Shown here one piece after another: positions 16,652 to 26,350 of a stretch of DNA of 64,000 bases. Origin of the DNA: an uncultured Bordetella sp. (GTDB lineage: Bacteria > Pseudomonadota > Gammaproteobacteria > Burkholderiales > SG8-39). The notes beneath the pieces are model-generated. The model made no database searches, was not told where the DNA came from, and saw only the letters and a program-made list of their open reading frames with translations. A program made the position numbers and the translations under genes. The DNA lies in the NCBI GenBank assembly GCA_964599095.1, contig CAZREB010000014.1, positions 64,033 through 128,032 on the forward strand, in the 5' to 3' direction. How positions within the stretch are numbered: the stretch's first letter is position 1; each line of letters begins with the position of its first letter.

Positions 16652-18741
16652 ATCGTCGCGTGGCCGGCAAAGGTCAATACGAGGAACACAAGCTTTATGC
16701 CGAGCGCAAGCGCTATGTTCTGCCGGAGAATTGCGGCGGTTGAGCGCGAAAGGCGAACGAACGCGGGGATCTTGCGAAGATCGTCATCCATCAGCGCCAC
16801 GTCCGCCGTTTCGATGGCAGTGTCCGTGCCGGCGGCGCCCATCGCGAATCCGATATCCGCGCGGGCAAGCGCGGGCGAGTCATTTATGCCGTCGCCCACC
16901 ATGCCCACCTGCCCGCCGCCGGGTTGGTTCAAAAGCCCCTCGATGATCGAGAGTTTGTCTGCCGGCAGAAGGTCGCCCCTGGCCTCGTCGATTCCGACTT
17001 CGCGCGCAATCGATCGAGCCGTATGCACGTTGTCGCCGGTGAGCATCAGCGTCCGGACGCCTAGCGAATGCAGGTCGGCGATTGCCTGACGGCTCGTTTC
17101 GCGAACCGTATCGGCCACGCCGAATATCGCCAGCACTTTTTCGCCGTCCATTAGCAGGACCGCAGTTTTTCCGTCGCCTTCCAGCCGCGCGAGCCTGGTT
17201 TCGATTTCTCCGGAACAGAGCCCCTTTTCTTCGACCAGCCGGTGATTGCCCAGCCAGTACGCGGTGCCGTCGATGCTGCCCTGAACGCCGCGGCCAGGGA
17301 GCGCCGAGAAGTCGTCCACGATTCGCAATTGCATCGACGCCGCGGCTTTGGCGATGGACCGGGATACCGGGTGATCCGAGCGCGCCGCGAGACTGGCCGC
17401 GATTTGGCGGGCCGCCTCCGAATCCGCGGCGAGCGCGATGAAATCCGTCTGCGCCGGCTCGCCACGGGTGATCGTTCCGGTCTTGTCCATGGCAAGGGTC
17501 GTCAGCTTTCGCCCGCCTTCGAGGTACGCGCCCCCTTTGATCAGGATGCCCCTGCGGGCGGCCGCGGCCAGCCCGCTGACGATTGTGACCGGCGTGGAGA
17601 TCACGAGCGCGCACGGGCAGGCGATCACCAGCAGCACGAGGGCTTTGTAAATCCAGTCGAGCCAGGCGCCGCCGCCGATGAGCGGCGGCACGACCGCCAC
17701 CAGGATGCTAATGGCGAAAATCGCCGGCGTGTAGATCCGGGAAAACCGATCGACGAATCGCTGCGTCGGTGCCCGGCTGCCTTGCGCCGTCTCGACCGCC
17801 TGAATGATCCTGGAGAGCGTCGAATTGCCCGCGGATGCGCTCACGCGGTACTCGATCGAGCCCGATTGGTTGATCGTTCCGGCGAAAACATCGTCTCCTT
17901 CGGCCTTCTCTATCGGCAGGCTTTCGCCGGTGATCGGCGCCTGGTTCACCGTCGAACTGCCTTTGGTCACCCGGCCATCCAGCGCGATCCGCTCACCCGG
18001 TCGCGCGCGAACGATGGCACCCACCTTCACCCCCGCCGCTGGCATCTCGAGCCAGCCGCCATCCGGCCCCTGTATGGTCGCCGTCTCTGGCGCGAGTTCC
18101 ATCAGCCCGCGAATGGCATTGCGAGCGCGGTCGAGCGACCCGGCTTCGATCACTTCGGCGAGAGCGAAAAGGACCATCACCATGGCCGCCTCAGGCCAGT
18201 GGCCGATGAGAATCGCGCCGGTCACCGCGATCGCCATCAGCGCATTGATGTTCAGGTCTCGATTGCGGAGCGCGATCAGCCCCTTCTTGTACGTAGGCAA
18301 CCCTCCAAGAACAATTGCGATGAGCGCAAGTGAAACGACGGGCCAATCGTTGCCGCCATTGATCCAGTACACGGCCTCCGCGAGCGATGCGGCGACTCCG
18401 GCAGTCGCCATGCGCCCCCAGCGCTTGATCGACGATTGCGCGTGTCCTGCGACTGCCGGAGTGGCCGTCCTGCCGGCCGATTCTCCGTCGCCGTCGAGGC
18501 GTCGGGCCCGCATTCCGATCGCCGCCAGCGCCTCATCGACCTGTTCATGCGAGCCGAACCGGTAACCGACCACAAGCGTGCGCTGAATCAGATTGAAATC
18601 CAGAGTCTCGACGCTGGGCATTGCGGACAACTTGCTGCGAATCACGCCCTCTTCGGTCGGGCAATCCATGTTTTCGATGAAATAGAAAGCCTTGCGACCG
18701 GCAGCCTCGGGTGGAATCGCGTGCGATTTGGGATTGTTCAT
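16573..18741 (-). CDS. heavy-metal P1B-type ATPase (Zn/Cd/Pb class, CadA/ZntA/PbrA-like)
   Basis: N-terminal HMA variant ENMDCPTEE, CPC in ACPCALVISTP, phosphorylation site DKTGTIT, SDHPVS and GDGINDSPAL. Start taken at MNNPKSH (18741); the ORF-track start 18849 would run through the promoter. Confidence 0.9.
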   Translation of the reverse strand: MNNPKSHAIPPEAAGRKAFYFIENMDCPTEEGVIRSKLSAMPSVETLDFNLIQRTLVVGYRFGSHEQVDEALAAIGMRARRLDGDGESAGRTATPAVAGHAQSSIKRWGRMATAGVAASLAEAVYWINGGNDWPVVSLALIAIVLGGLPTYKKGLIALRNRDLNINALMAIAVTGAILIGHWPEAAMVMVLFALAEVIEAGSLDRARNAIRGLMELAPETATIQGPDGGWLEMPAAGVKVGAIVRARPGERIALDGRVTKGSSTVNQAPITGESLPIEKAEGDDVFAGTINQSGSIEYRVSASAGNSTLSRIIQAVETAQGSRAPTQRFVDRFSRIYTPAIFAISILVAVVPPLIGGGAWLDWIYKALVLLVIACPCALVISTPVTIVSGLAAAARRGILIKGGAYLEGGRKLTTLAMDKTGTITRGEPAQTDFIALAADSEAARQIAASLAARSDHPVSRSIAKAAASMQLRIVDDFSALPGRGVQGSIDGTAYWLGNHRLVEEKGLCSGEIETRLARLEGDGKTAVLLMDGEKVLAIFGVADTVRETSRQAIADLHSLGVRTLMLTGDNVHTARSIAREVGIDEARGDLLPADKLSIIEGLLNQPGGGQVGMVGDGINDSPALARADIGFAMGAAGTDTAIETADVALMDDDLRKIPAFVRLSRSTAAILRQNIALALGIKLVFLVLTFAGHATMWMAVFADMGASLLVVFNGLRLLRRH

Positions 18742-18775
18742 GGTGTGAAAGCGACCTCCGGATTCGATTCCCGCG

Positions 18776-18806
18776 ATTGAACATCCTGTAGTGGCTACAG
18801 AGTCAA
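18776..18806 (-). promoter_or_regulatory. MerR-type (CadR/PbrR/ZntR-like) promoter-operator of the ATPase, divergent from the regulator gene
   Basis: The minus strand reads TTGACT-ctgtagccactacaggatg-TTCAAT. The spacer is 19 bp and contains the palindrome CTGTAG-N3-CTACAG (18786-18800). Confidence 0.75.
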
Positions 18807-18847
18807 GCGCTAAAATGGTGCTCGTGAGCAAATTCTGCGCGAATACC

Positions 18848-19330
18848 ATGAAGATCGGTGAACTGGCAATTTCTACCCGTACCCCGGTCGAAACGATCCG
18901 GTTCTACGAACGCGAGGGACTGATGCTTTCCCCGTCGCGCAGCGGCGGCAATTTCCGCATCTACTCCGGCGAGCACATTGAACGCCTCACTTTCATCCGC
19001 CGCTGCAGATCGCTGGACATGACGCTCGATGAAGTGCGGGCCTTGCTGCTGCTCAAGGATTCGCCCGCGGGGGATTGCGGTGACGTGAGCGCGGTTCTGG
19101 ACGCGCACATAGGCCACGTGGATGCGCGCATCATGGAGCTCGAGGTCCTCAGCGGGCAGCTCGCGCGTCTTCGAGCGCGGTGCCTGGAGGCGCGCCGGGC
19201 GGAGGACTGCGGGATCCTGAAAGAACTATCCCGTGCGCCGAGTGCTTCGCGCGTGCAGCCGGCCGGGCATGTCGGCGGTGCTCATCGCCATTCTGCCAAC
19301 CGCAAGAGCCCCGCTTCGGGCAAACGATGA
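18848..19330 (+). CDS. MerR-family metal-responsive regulator (CadR/PbrR/ZntR subgroup)
   Basis: MKIGELAISTRTPVETIRFYEREGLM wHTH. Cys residues at the dimerisation helix (DCGDV, RARCLE, EDCGIL) are typical of CadR/PbrR. It is divergent from the ATPase. Confidence 0.85.
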   Translation: MKIGELAISTRTPVETIRFYEREGLMLSPSRSGGNFRIYSGEHIERLTFIRRCRSLDMTLDEVRALLLLKDSPAGDCGDVSAVLDAHIGHVDARIMELEVLSGQLARLRARCLEARRAEDCGILKELSRAPSASRVQPAGHVGGAHRHSANRKSPASGKR

Positions 19331-19350
19331 ATTGCGGCTATAATCGGTTC

Positions 19351-19689
19351 ATGTTCGTCAAACGAATTCTCTTGCGCATCCTCATCGCGGTGTTCGCGCT
19401 GAACGCTTCCGGTCTGGCGTTTGGCGCCGGGCAACTGGCGTCCTGCCTGGCGCACGATATCGAACTGGCTGCGGTGCCCGCCGGCGTGGTGGACTCCGAG
19501 CACTCGCTGCCGAACTGCAAGCACGGCTGCGGAAGCCATTGCGCGCAGCACCTTGCCGGTTTGCCCGCGGGATATTCCGATTCGTCGATGCTGGCTCTGC
19601 CGCGCCAGCCGTTGCCGGAAGTCGCGGGCCTGGCCCCGACCGGCACGCCTTCCGCGCTTTTCCGTCCTCCCCGACTTCCCTCTCTCTGA
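19351..19689 (+). CDS. CzcI-like small periplasmic Cys/His protein
   Basis: Signal peptide MFVKRILLRILIAVFALNASGLAFG, His/Cys cluster HSLPNCKHGCGSHCAQH and Pro-rich tail FRPPRLPSL, immediately upstream of czcC. ATG 19327 is an alternative start. Confidence 0.5.
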   Translation: MFVKRILLRILIAVFALNASGLAFGAGQLASCLAHDIELAAVPAGVVDSEHSLPNCKHGCGSHCAQHLAGLPAGYSDSSMLALPRQPLPEVAGLAPTGTPSALFRPPRLPSL

Positions 19690-19743
19690 CCGGTTGATCC
19701 GTCGCCGCGGCGCCGCAGCGCCGCCCGTGAGAGAGGGTTCGTC

Positions 19744-21051
19744 ATGTTTCGTGCATTGCGCGCATCCCCGATGCGCTGCGCCGGCATTTTCCGGCGATCG
19801 GGACTATTGATCTTCCTTTTCGCGTCGCAGGCCGCTGCGCAAACGCTGACGCTGGAGGCGGCTATGCGGATAGCCGCAGCGGCCAACCCGGCGCTGCGCG
19901 CAGCGGCTGCCGAAATGTACGCGGCGCAAGGTCAGGCGACCGAGAGCGGCTACGCGCTTTGGAACAATCCTTCGGTATCGCTTGACGGAACGCGCCGTGC
20001 GCTGCCGCAGGCGGGCGCACCCGAGCAGCGCGTGCGCGAGTGGGGTTTCGGTCTCGCGCAGACTTTCGAAGTTGCCGGCCAGCAGGGATTTCGGCGACAA
20101 GCCGCGAACGCCGAGTTGGAGGCGGTGCGGGCGAACGTGGCTGAATTTCGCAGCCAGCTCGCCGCGGACGTGGCCGACCGGTTCATCCGGCTGCTCGCAG
20201 TGCAGTTGCGAATCGCCGCCGAACACGAAAACCTGAGGCTCGTCGAGGAGGCGGCGGCCGCGATCGGCAAACGCGTGGCGGCGGGAGAAACGAGCAAGCT
20301 GCAAGGCAACGTGTCGAGCGTCGAAGCCGAGCGCGCGCGCAACCAGCTTGCGCAGCTCGATGAAGCGATGATCCAGGCGCGCGCCGACCTGGCCTCGCTT
20401 CTGCAGCTTCCGCCGAATGCGCATCCGGTGGCCGCGGGTTCCCTGACGAGCGCGGCGCGTTACGGGCGCGAGTCGCTGCTCGAATCGGCGCGGCGCCGCC
20501 GTGTGCTCGCCGTGCTCGCACTGCGGGAGAACGCCGCACAAAACCGGCTGGCGCTCGAGCGTGCCGCAGCCAGGCCCGACGTGACCCTTGGCGTCAATAT
20601 GGGCCGCGAAGGGTTGCCCGGTTTGCGCGAAAGCACGCTGGGCGTGGCGGTATCGGTGCCGCTGCCGCTGTTTCGCAAAAACGAGTCGGGCATCGGACGG
20701 GCGCTCACAGGCCTGGAACAGGCGCGGGTCGAGCGCGAGCGCGTGACGCGGGAAGTGCGCGCCGCCGTCCTCGCCCAGTGGGACCGCGTCGAGAACCTGC
20801 GCGCCCGCGAGGCGCGCCTTGCGGCGAAGGTGCTCCCGCTGCTGGAGGACAACCTGCGCCTGTCCAAGCGGGCATTCGAGGAAGGCGAAATCGGGCTGTC
20901 CGACCTGCTGCTCGTCAACCGGCAGGTCGTGGACGCCCGCAGGGAGATGCTCGAGGCCCAGACCGACCTGCGGCTCGCGCAAGTCGCGCTCGAACGCTCC
21001 GCCGGCTGGGATTTCGAGTCTGCCGGAACTAAAAAGGATGGGACGCAATGA
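19744..21051 (+). CDS. czcC: outer-membrane efflux protein, CzcC/TolC family
   Basis: 435 aa with a two-repeat coiled-coil OEP pattern. It overlaps the downstream adaptor gene (ATGA) in the czcCBA order. Confidence 0.8.
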   Translation: MFRALRASPMRCAGIFRRSGLLIFLFASQAAAQTLTLEAAMRIAAAANPALRAAAAEMYAAQGQATESGYALWNNPSVSLDGTRRALPQAGAPEQRVREWGFGLAQTFEVAGQQGFRRQAANAELEAVRANVAEFRSQLAADVADRFIRLLAVQLRIAAEHENLRLVEEAAAAIGKRVAAGETSKLQGNVSSVEAERARNQLAQLDEAMIQARADLASLLQLPPNAHPVAAGSLTSAARYGRESLLESARRRRVLAVLALRENAAQNRLALERAAARPDVTLGVNMGREGLPGLRESTLGVAVSVPLPLFRKNESGIGRALTGLEQARVERERVTREVRAAVLAQWDRVENLRAREARLAAKVLPLLEDNLRLSKRAFEEGEIGLSDLLLVNRQVVDARREMLEAQTDLRLAQVALERSAGWDFESAGTKKDGTQ

Positions 21052-22217
21052 AAATCGAACGATGGCTCGTGCTCGCCGGCGTGACGGCTCTACTTTTCGG
21101 CTGCGGCAAGACGCCTTCGCCCGCGGCGGCGCCTGATCCGGTCCCAGCCGCCAAGGCCGACATCCGCGGGTCCGAAGAAATCCTCAAACTGTCGGCCGAA
21201 GAGGTCGGGCGCGCCGGAATCCGAATCGAGATCCTAGCCGAGACACGGATTCGGGATCAGCTTGCAGTCACGGCCACGGTGCGCGCGAACGAAGATCGCT
21301 ACGCGCACGTCGCGCCGCGCGTGCCGGGCCGGCTCGTGCGCGTGTACGCGAAGCTGGGCGACACGGTCAAGGCCGGCCAGGCGCTGGCGTTGCTCGACAG
21401 CGTGGAGGTCGGCGAATCCCACGCCGCATATCTGCAGGCTCTCAGCGAAGCGAACGTGGCGCGCGCGGCGTTCGATCGCGCGGAGCGTTTGCATCGTGAG
21501 GAGGTCATCCCCGCCAAAGAGTACCAGCGCACCCGTGCCGACAACGAAAAGGCCCAGGCAGCGCTGCGCGCGGCGGCCGACCGGCTGCGGCTTCTAGGTA
21601 CGCTGCCCGGCGGCGAGATCGGCGAGCCTGCGGTTTCGACCTTTCCGCTGTCGGCGCCGAACGCCGGCACGGTCGTCGAGAAGCACGCGGTCCTGGGTGA
21701 GCTTGCCAAGCCCGATGCTTCGCTCTTCACGATCGCGGACCTTTCGGTAGTGTGGGTCGAAGCGGACGTTGCCGAAAAGGATCTCGCGCGCGTTACGCTT
21801 GGGGCGGATGCGGCGATCAGCGTCGGTGCTTATCCCGGCGAATCTTTCAAGGGCCGGGTGGCATATATCGGCCAGTTGCTCGACAAGGACACCCGTACGG
21901 CACGCTCACGCATCGAGGTGGCGAACCCCGCGCGCCGGCTGTTGCCGGGCATGTTCGCCGGCGCCGTCATTTACGGCGGCGAGAGCGCGAAAGCGCTCGC
22001 GGTGCCCGAGTCGGCGCTCACGCTGATCCAGGGAATGCCGGTAGTGTTCGTCGAAGAGGCCGGAGGATTCGAAGCGCGCCCGGTGGAGATCGGCGAACGA
22101 ACGGGTGGGAGGGCTATCGTCACGTCGGGCCTGAAGGCTGGCGAGCGCGTGGTGGTCGCGGGCGCCTACGCGCTCAAGGCGCGCAAGCTCAAATCGCAAA
22201 TCGGCGATTCGCACTGA
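21048..22217 (+). CDS. czcB: RND efflux periplasmic adaptor (membrane fusion protein), CzcB family
   Basis: Lipoprotein-like N-terminus (LLFGC), hairpin/lipoyl/beta-barrel pattern, and position between the OEP and RND pump genes. Confidence 0.85.
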   Translation: MKIERWLVLAGVTALLFGCGKTPSPAAAPDPVPAAKADIRGSEEILKLSAEEVGRAGIRIEILAETRIRDQLAVTATVRANEDRYAHVAPRVPGRLVRVYAKLGDTVKAGQALALLDSVEVGESHAAYLQALSEANVARAAFDRAERLHREEVIPAKEYQRTRADNEKAQAALRAAADRLRLLGTLPGGEIGEPAVSTFPLSAPNAGTVVEKHAVLGELAKPDASLFTIADLSVVWVEADVAEKDLARVTLGADAAISVGAYPGESFKGRVAYIGQLLDKDTRTARSRIEVANPARRLLPGMFAGAVIYGGESAKALAVPESALTLIQGMPVVFVEEAGGFEARPVEIGERTGGRAIVTSGLKAGERVVVAGAYALKARKLKSQIGDSH

Positions 22218-22226
22218 GGAGCGGAC

Positions 22227-25200
22227 ATGCTGAATGCCATCGTGTCCGCTTCGCTTCGATACAGGGTCTTGGTGCTGGTTGCGTTCGCAGGCATCGTCCT
22301 CCTCGGGGTGCGTGCGCTAGGGACGGTGCCGCTCGATGCCTACCCGGATGTGACGCCCAACCAGGTCACCGTCTACACCGAGTCGCCCGGCCTCGCCCCC
22401 GAGGACGTCGAGCGTTTGCTCACGACGCCGATCGAGACGTCGCTCGCGGGCCTGCCGGGCGTGGAGGTGATCCGCTCTGTGTCCCTCTTCGGCCTCTCGT
22501 ACGTGGCCGTCTATTTCAAGGACGAAGTGGATATCTGGTTCGCGCGGCGCCTCGTGGGCGAGCGGCTCGTGGAGGCGAAAGCGCGCTTGCCCGAAGGCTA
22601 TGGCGAGCCCGCGCTCGGGCCCAACAGCTCGGGCCTGGGCCAGGTGTTCTGGTACACGCTCGAATCGACAGATCCTAAGCTCGACGCGATGGGGCTGCGC
22701 ACGCTGCACGACTGGACCGTGCGGCTCGCGCTTCGCACCGCGCCCGGTGTCGACGACGTGACGTCCTGGGGTGGTTACGAAAAGCAGTTCCAGGTGCAGA
22801 TCGACCCCACTCTCCTGGTCAAGTACGCCCTTTCATTCAAGGAGGTGATCGAGGCGCTCGCCGCGAACAACCGCCAGGTTGGCGGCCAGTTCCTCGACGC
22901 GGGGGCAGAACAGTATCTGGTCCGCGGCCTCGGCCTGGTGAGCAGCACGCGGGATATCGGCAACATCGTCGTGGCCGCGCGCGAGGGGGTGCCCATCTAC
23001 GTGCGCGACGTCGCCCGGGTGGTCGAAGGACCCGCGCCGCGATTCGGGGCGATCACGCGAGACGGCAAGGAAGTCACGCTGGGAATCGTGCTCGCCCGCA
23101 TCGGGGAGAATGCGAAGAACGTCGCGGAAGCGGTCAAGAAGAAGCTCGAGACCGTGAAACAGGCGCTGCCGAAATCGGTGTCGATCAATCCGGTCTACGA
23201 CCGCACGGAGATCGTTCAGAAGGCGCTCGACACGTCGAGCCGAACCCTCGTCGAGGGCGCGATCCTCGTCGCGGTGGTCCTGTACCTGTTTCTCGGCGAA
23301 CTGCGTTCCGCAGCGGTGGTCGTCGCAGCCTTGCCGCTGGCGATGCTGATCGCCTTCATCCTGATGCAGTACTTCGGATTCTCGGCCAACCTCATGTCGC
23401 TCGCCGGCCTGGCCATCGGCATAGGCATGATGGTGGACGGGGCCGTGGTGGTCGTGGAGAACGCGTTCCGCCACCTGTCACAGCCGCACCACGGCGCGTC
23501 GCGCGCGGACGTCGTCGGGCGCGCCGCGCGCGAGGTGGCGCAGCCCGTGGTGTTCGCGATCCTGATCATCATCGTCGTGTTCCTGCCGCTCTTTTCGCTG
23601 ACCGGACTCGAAGGCAAGCTCTTCAAGCCCATGGCGTACACGATCTCGTTCGCCATGGCCGGCTCGCTCGTCCTGAGCCTTACACTGGTACCTGTCCTGT
23701 CTTCGCTGATGCTCAAGGCCGGCCCCGAAGTGGAACCCTGGCTCCTGCGGACGGCCAAAAGAACCTACGCGCCGATGCTCGACTGGGGGTTGGGCCATCG
23801 CAAGACGGTGGCGGCAGCCGCACTCGCGTTGCTCGGCGTCTCGCTCGCGGTATTCCCTTTCCTCGGAAAGGAGTTCATGCCTACGCTGCAGGAAGGCGAG
23901 ATCATGTTCCGCGTGACCGGGATTCCCGCCTCTTCGCTCGATGAGTCGGTCCGGCTTTCGCGCCAGTTGAACGACGTCCTGAAGAAAAAATTCCCACAGG
24001 TCAGATCGGTACTCGCCAACATCGGCCGCGCGGAGCGCGCGGAGATCGAAGGCGTCCACTACATGGAACTCCTCGTTTCGGTCGCGCCCGAGGCCGATTG
24101 GCCCCGGCGCATGGCAATGTCCGAACTTGCGCGCGAAATGCAGGAGGCGCTCGAGAGGGACGCGCCTGGCGTCGTGTTTTCGGCCACGCAGCCGATCCAG
24201 ATGCGCGTGGAGGAACTGATCTCCGGCGTGCGAGCGACGCTCGCGCTCAAGGTGTACGGACCGGAGCTGGCGACACTTGATCGCCTCGCGGCGCGATTGA
24301 AGCAGTCGTTGTCGAAGGTCGAGGGCGTTTCCGACCTTTCCGTCGAAGCCAATCAGGGCAAGCCGCAGATTGTCATCCGGGTCGATCGCGATGCGGCCGC
24401 CAGGCTGGGCGTCAGCGTCGACGAAGTGCTCGAACTCGTCCAGTCCGGAATCGGCGGCAAGCCCGTGACCGCCCTGATCGACGGCACGCGCCGGTTCGAC
24501 ATTGCGGTGCGGTTCCAGGAGGAATTCCGCGGCAGCATCGGAGCCATTCGCAATCTTCCGGTCCGCACCCGCGCAGGTGCGCTGGTGCCGCTTTCGCGCC
24601 TGGCAAGCGTCGAAGCCGACGAGGGCTATACGTTCGTTCGGCGGGAGGCGCTGCAGCGGTACGCCGTCATCCAGATGGACGTGCGGGGCCGGGACGTGGA
24701 CGGATTCGTGCGCGAGGCCGCGGCCAGGCTGAAGGCGGATGTTCCTCTGCCCGAGGGGTACTGGATCGAATGGGGCGGCGCGTTCGAGAACCAGCAGCGC
24801 GCGCTCGCCCGACTGGCGCTCATCGTGCCGGTGACGATCGGCCTGATCTTCCTGCTGCTCTACACGGCGTTCAATTCGCTCGTCTACGCCGGGCTGATCA
24901 TCGCGAACGTGCCGTTCGCCATCATCGGCGGCGTGTTCGCCCTGGCCGCCGGCGGGTTCTACGTGTCGGTCCCCTCGGCGATCGGCTTCATCGCGGTGTT
25001 CGGAGTGGCGATGCTCAACGGAATCGTTTTGGTTTCGTTCATCCACGAACAGCGCGTTTCGCGCGACCTCGCGCTGCGCGAAGCCGTGCGCGAAGGGACG
25101 TTGCTGCGCCTCAGGCCGGTGCTGATGACCGCGAGCGTGGCGATCCTGGGCCTGCTCCCGATGCTGTTTGCAGGCGGCGTCGGCGCCGAAACGCAGCGGC

Positions 25201-25328
25201 CCCTGGCGGCGGTCGTGATCGGCGGACTGATCTCCTCGACCGCGCTTACGCTTCTCGTGCTTCCGGTGATGTACGATTGGGTGGAAGAGTGGAGGCAAAA
25301 GCGTTCCGCCCGGAACGCCGGTGATTGA
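22227..25328 (+). CDS. czcA: heavy-metal efflux RND pump, CzcA/CusA (HME-RND) family
   Basis: 1033 aa with 12 TM and two large loops. GIGMMVDGAVVVVENAF is the HME-RND TM4 signature. Confidence 0.9.
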   Translation: MLNAIVSASLRYRVLVLVAFAGIVLLGVRALGTVPLDAYPDVTPNQVTVYTESPGLAPEDVERLLTTPIETSLAGLPGVEVIRSVSLFGLSYVAVYFKDEVDIWFARRLVGERLVEAKARLPEGYGEPALGPNSSGLGQVFWYTLESTDPKLDAMGLRTLHDWTVRLALRTAPGVDDVTSWGGYEKQFQVQIDPTLLVKYALSFKEVIEALAANNRQVGGQFLDAGAEQYLVRGLGLVSSTRDIGNIVVAAREGVPIYVRDVARVVEGPAPRFGAITRDGKEVTLGIVLARIGENAKNVAEAVKKKLETVKQALPKSVSINPVYDRTEIVQKALDTSSRTLVEGAILVAVVLYLFLGELRSAAVVVAALPLAMLIAFILMQYFGFSANLMSLAGLAIGIGMMVDGAVVVVENAFRHLSQPHHGASRADVVGRAAREVAQPVVFAILIIIVVFLPLFSLTGLEGKLFKPMAYTISFAMAGSLVLSLTLVPVLSSLMLKAGPEVEPWLLRTAKRTYAPMLDWGLGHRKTVAAAALALLGVSLAVFPFLGKEFMPTLQEGEIMFRVTGIPASSLDESVRLSRQLNDVLKKKFPQVRSVLANIGRAERAEIEGVHYMELLVSVAPEADWPRRMAMSELAREMQEALERDAPGVVFSATQPIQMRVEELISGVRATLALKVYGPELATLDRLAARLKQSLSKVEGVSDLSVEANQGKPQIVIRVDRDAAARLGVSVDEVLELVQSGIGGKPVTALIDGTRRFDIAVRFQEEFRGSIGAIRNLPVRTRAGALVPLSRLASVEADEGYTFVRREALQRYAVIQMDVRGRDVDGFVREAAARLKADVPLPEGYWIEWGGAFENQQRALARLALIVPVTIGLIFLLLYTAFNSLVYAGLIIANVPFAIIGGVFALAAGGFYVSVPSAIGFIAVFGVAMLNGIVLVSFIHEQRVSRDLALREAVREGTLLRLRPVLMTASVAILGLLPMLFAGGVGAETQRPLAAVVIGGLISSTALTLLVLPVMYDWVEEWRQKRSARNAGD

Positions 25329-25418
25329 CGTTTTCCAGAACAGGAAATTAAATCGGCAGGAATGCCGCGCGGATATTGAATCTCATGAAATGAAAGTTTC
25401 TCTTTCTGGCAGCCATCG

Positions 25419-26165
25419 ATGAGCGGCGAGGCGCGCGAACTCGACCTGGCGCTGATGATGGCCGACCTGTGCGGCTACACCGCGCTCACCGAAACCCATG
25501 GCGCGCTGCAGGCGTCCGAGACCGTGTTGCGATTCGTGCGCCTCGTCGAGGCCAGCCTCGAACCGGGCGTGCGGATCGTGGACTGCATCGGCGACGCGGT
25601 CTTTTGCGCCGGGAAGGACGCGCTTGCTGTCGTGCGCACCGCGTTGCGACTGGTCAACGCCGTGCAGCACGAGTCCGGTTTTCCGCGGATCAGCACCGGC
25701 ATCCACTCAGGGGCCGTAGTCGAGCGCGAGGGGAGGCTGTTCGGCGCGCCGATCAACTTGACCGCCCGTCTCACTTCGCTGGCCGAGGGCGACCAGATCC
25801 TGTGTACCGAGCCGATAGTGCGCGCGCTCGCGGCGGTCGAAGGCGTCGGCTGCCGGGCGATCGGCGAGCAGCACTTCAGGAACGTCGCCCATCCGGTGCC
25901 GATCTTCGAACTGGTGCCGGTCCAAACGAGCCGGGCGGGATCCAGCGTCGATCCGGTCTGCCGGATGCAGGTGGGGGTCGAAACCGCGGCGGCGACGGTC
26001 GATCATGCAGGGGTGTCCTACTACTTCTGTTCGGAGCACTGCGCGCACGCGTTCTCGGATGCGCCGGGACTGTACGTCGGAGTGAAGGATGCCGAAGGTA
26101 CCCGCCCGGGTGGACCGGCCGATCAATCGGCGGGGGATTCTTCGCAGCAGCCTCGACGGGATTGA
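25419..26165 (+). CDS. class III nucleotidyl cyclase fused to a C-terminal TRASH/YHS metal-binding domain
   Basis: Minimal cyclase domain (MMADLCGYT, VDCIGDAVF, PINLTARL), then DPVCRMQV-x-YYFCSEHC. This gives C-x22-C-x3-C, the TRASH/YHS spacing. Confidence 0.75.
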   Translation: MSGEARELDLALMMADLCGYTALTETHGALQASETVLRFVRLVEASLEPGVRIVDCIGDAVFCAGKDALAVVRTALRLVNAVQHESGFPRISTGIHSGAVVEREGRLFGAPINLTARLTSLAEGDQILCTEPIVRALAAVEGVGCRAIGEQHFRNVAHPVPIFELVPVQTSRAGSSVDPVCRMQVGVETAAATVDHAGVSYYFCSEHCAHAFSDAPGLYVGVKDAEGTRPGGPADQSAGDSSQQPRRD

Positions 26166-26350
26166 ATTGGCGGGCATGGCACTGAACCATAGCTGCAGAA
26201 GACGCAGCAGTCGCCGGGCCTGGGTTTGAGCCGGGTCGCGCATCCTCCGCAGACATGAAAGAAAAGGCAGGCGTCGGTCGGCATTTTCTCGGTGCTTTGG
26301 TAGCCGCAACTCGGGCAGGTCAGTGTCGATTCGAGGATGGTTTGATTCAT
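26123..26350 (-). CDS. GDCCVxC-domain protein (mer-associated small Cys-rich protein)
   Basis: 75 aa with CPSCG, CGGC and the GDCCVFCSYG motif. The start overlaps the merP stop (ATGA). Confidence 0.7.
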   Translation of the reverse strand: MNQTILESTLTCPSCGYQSTEKMPTDACLFFHVCGGCATRLKPRPGDCCVFCSYGSVPCPPIQSRRGCCEESPAD

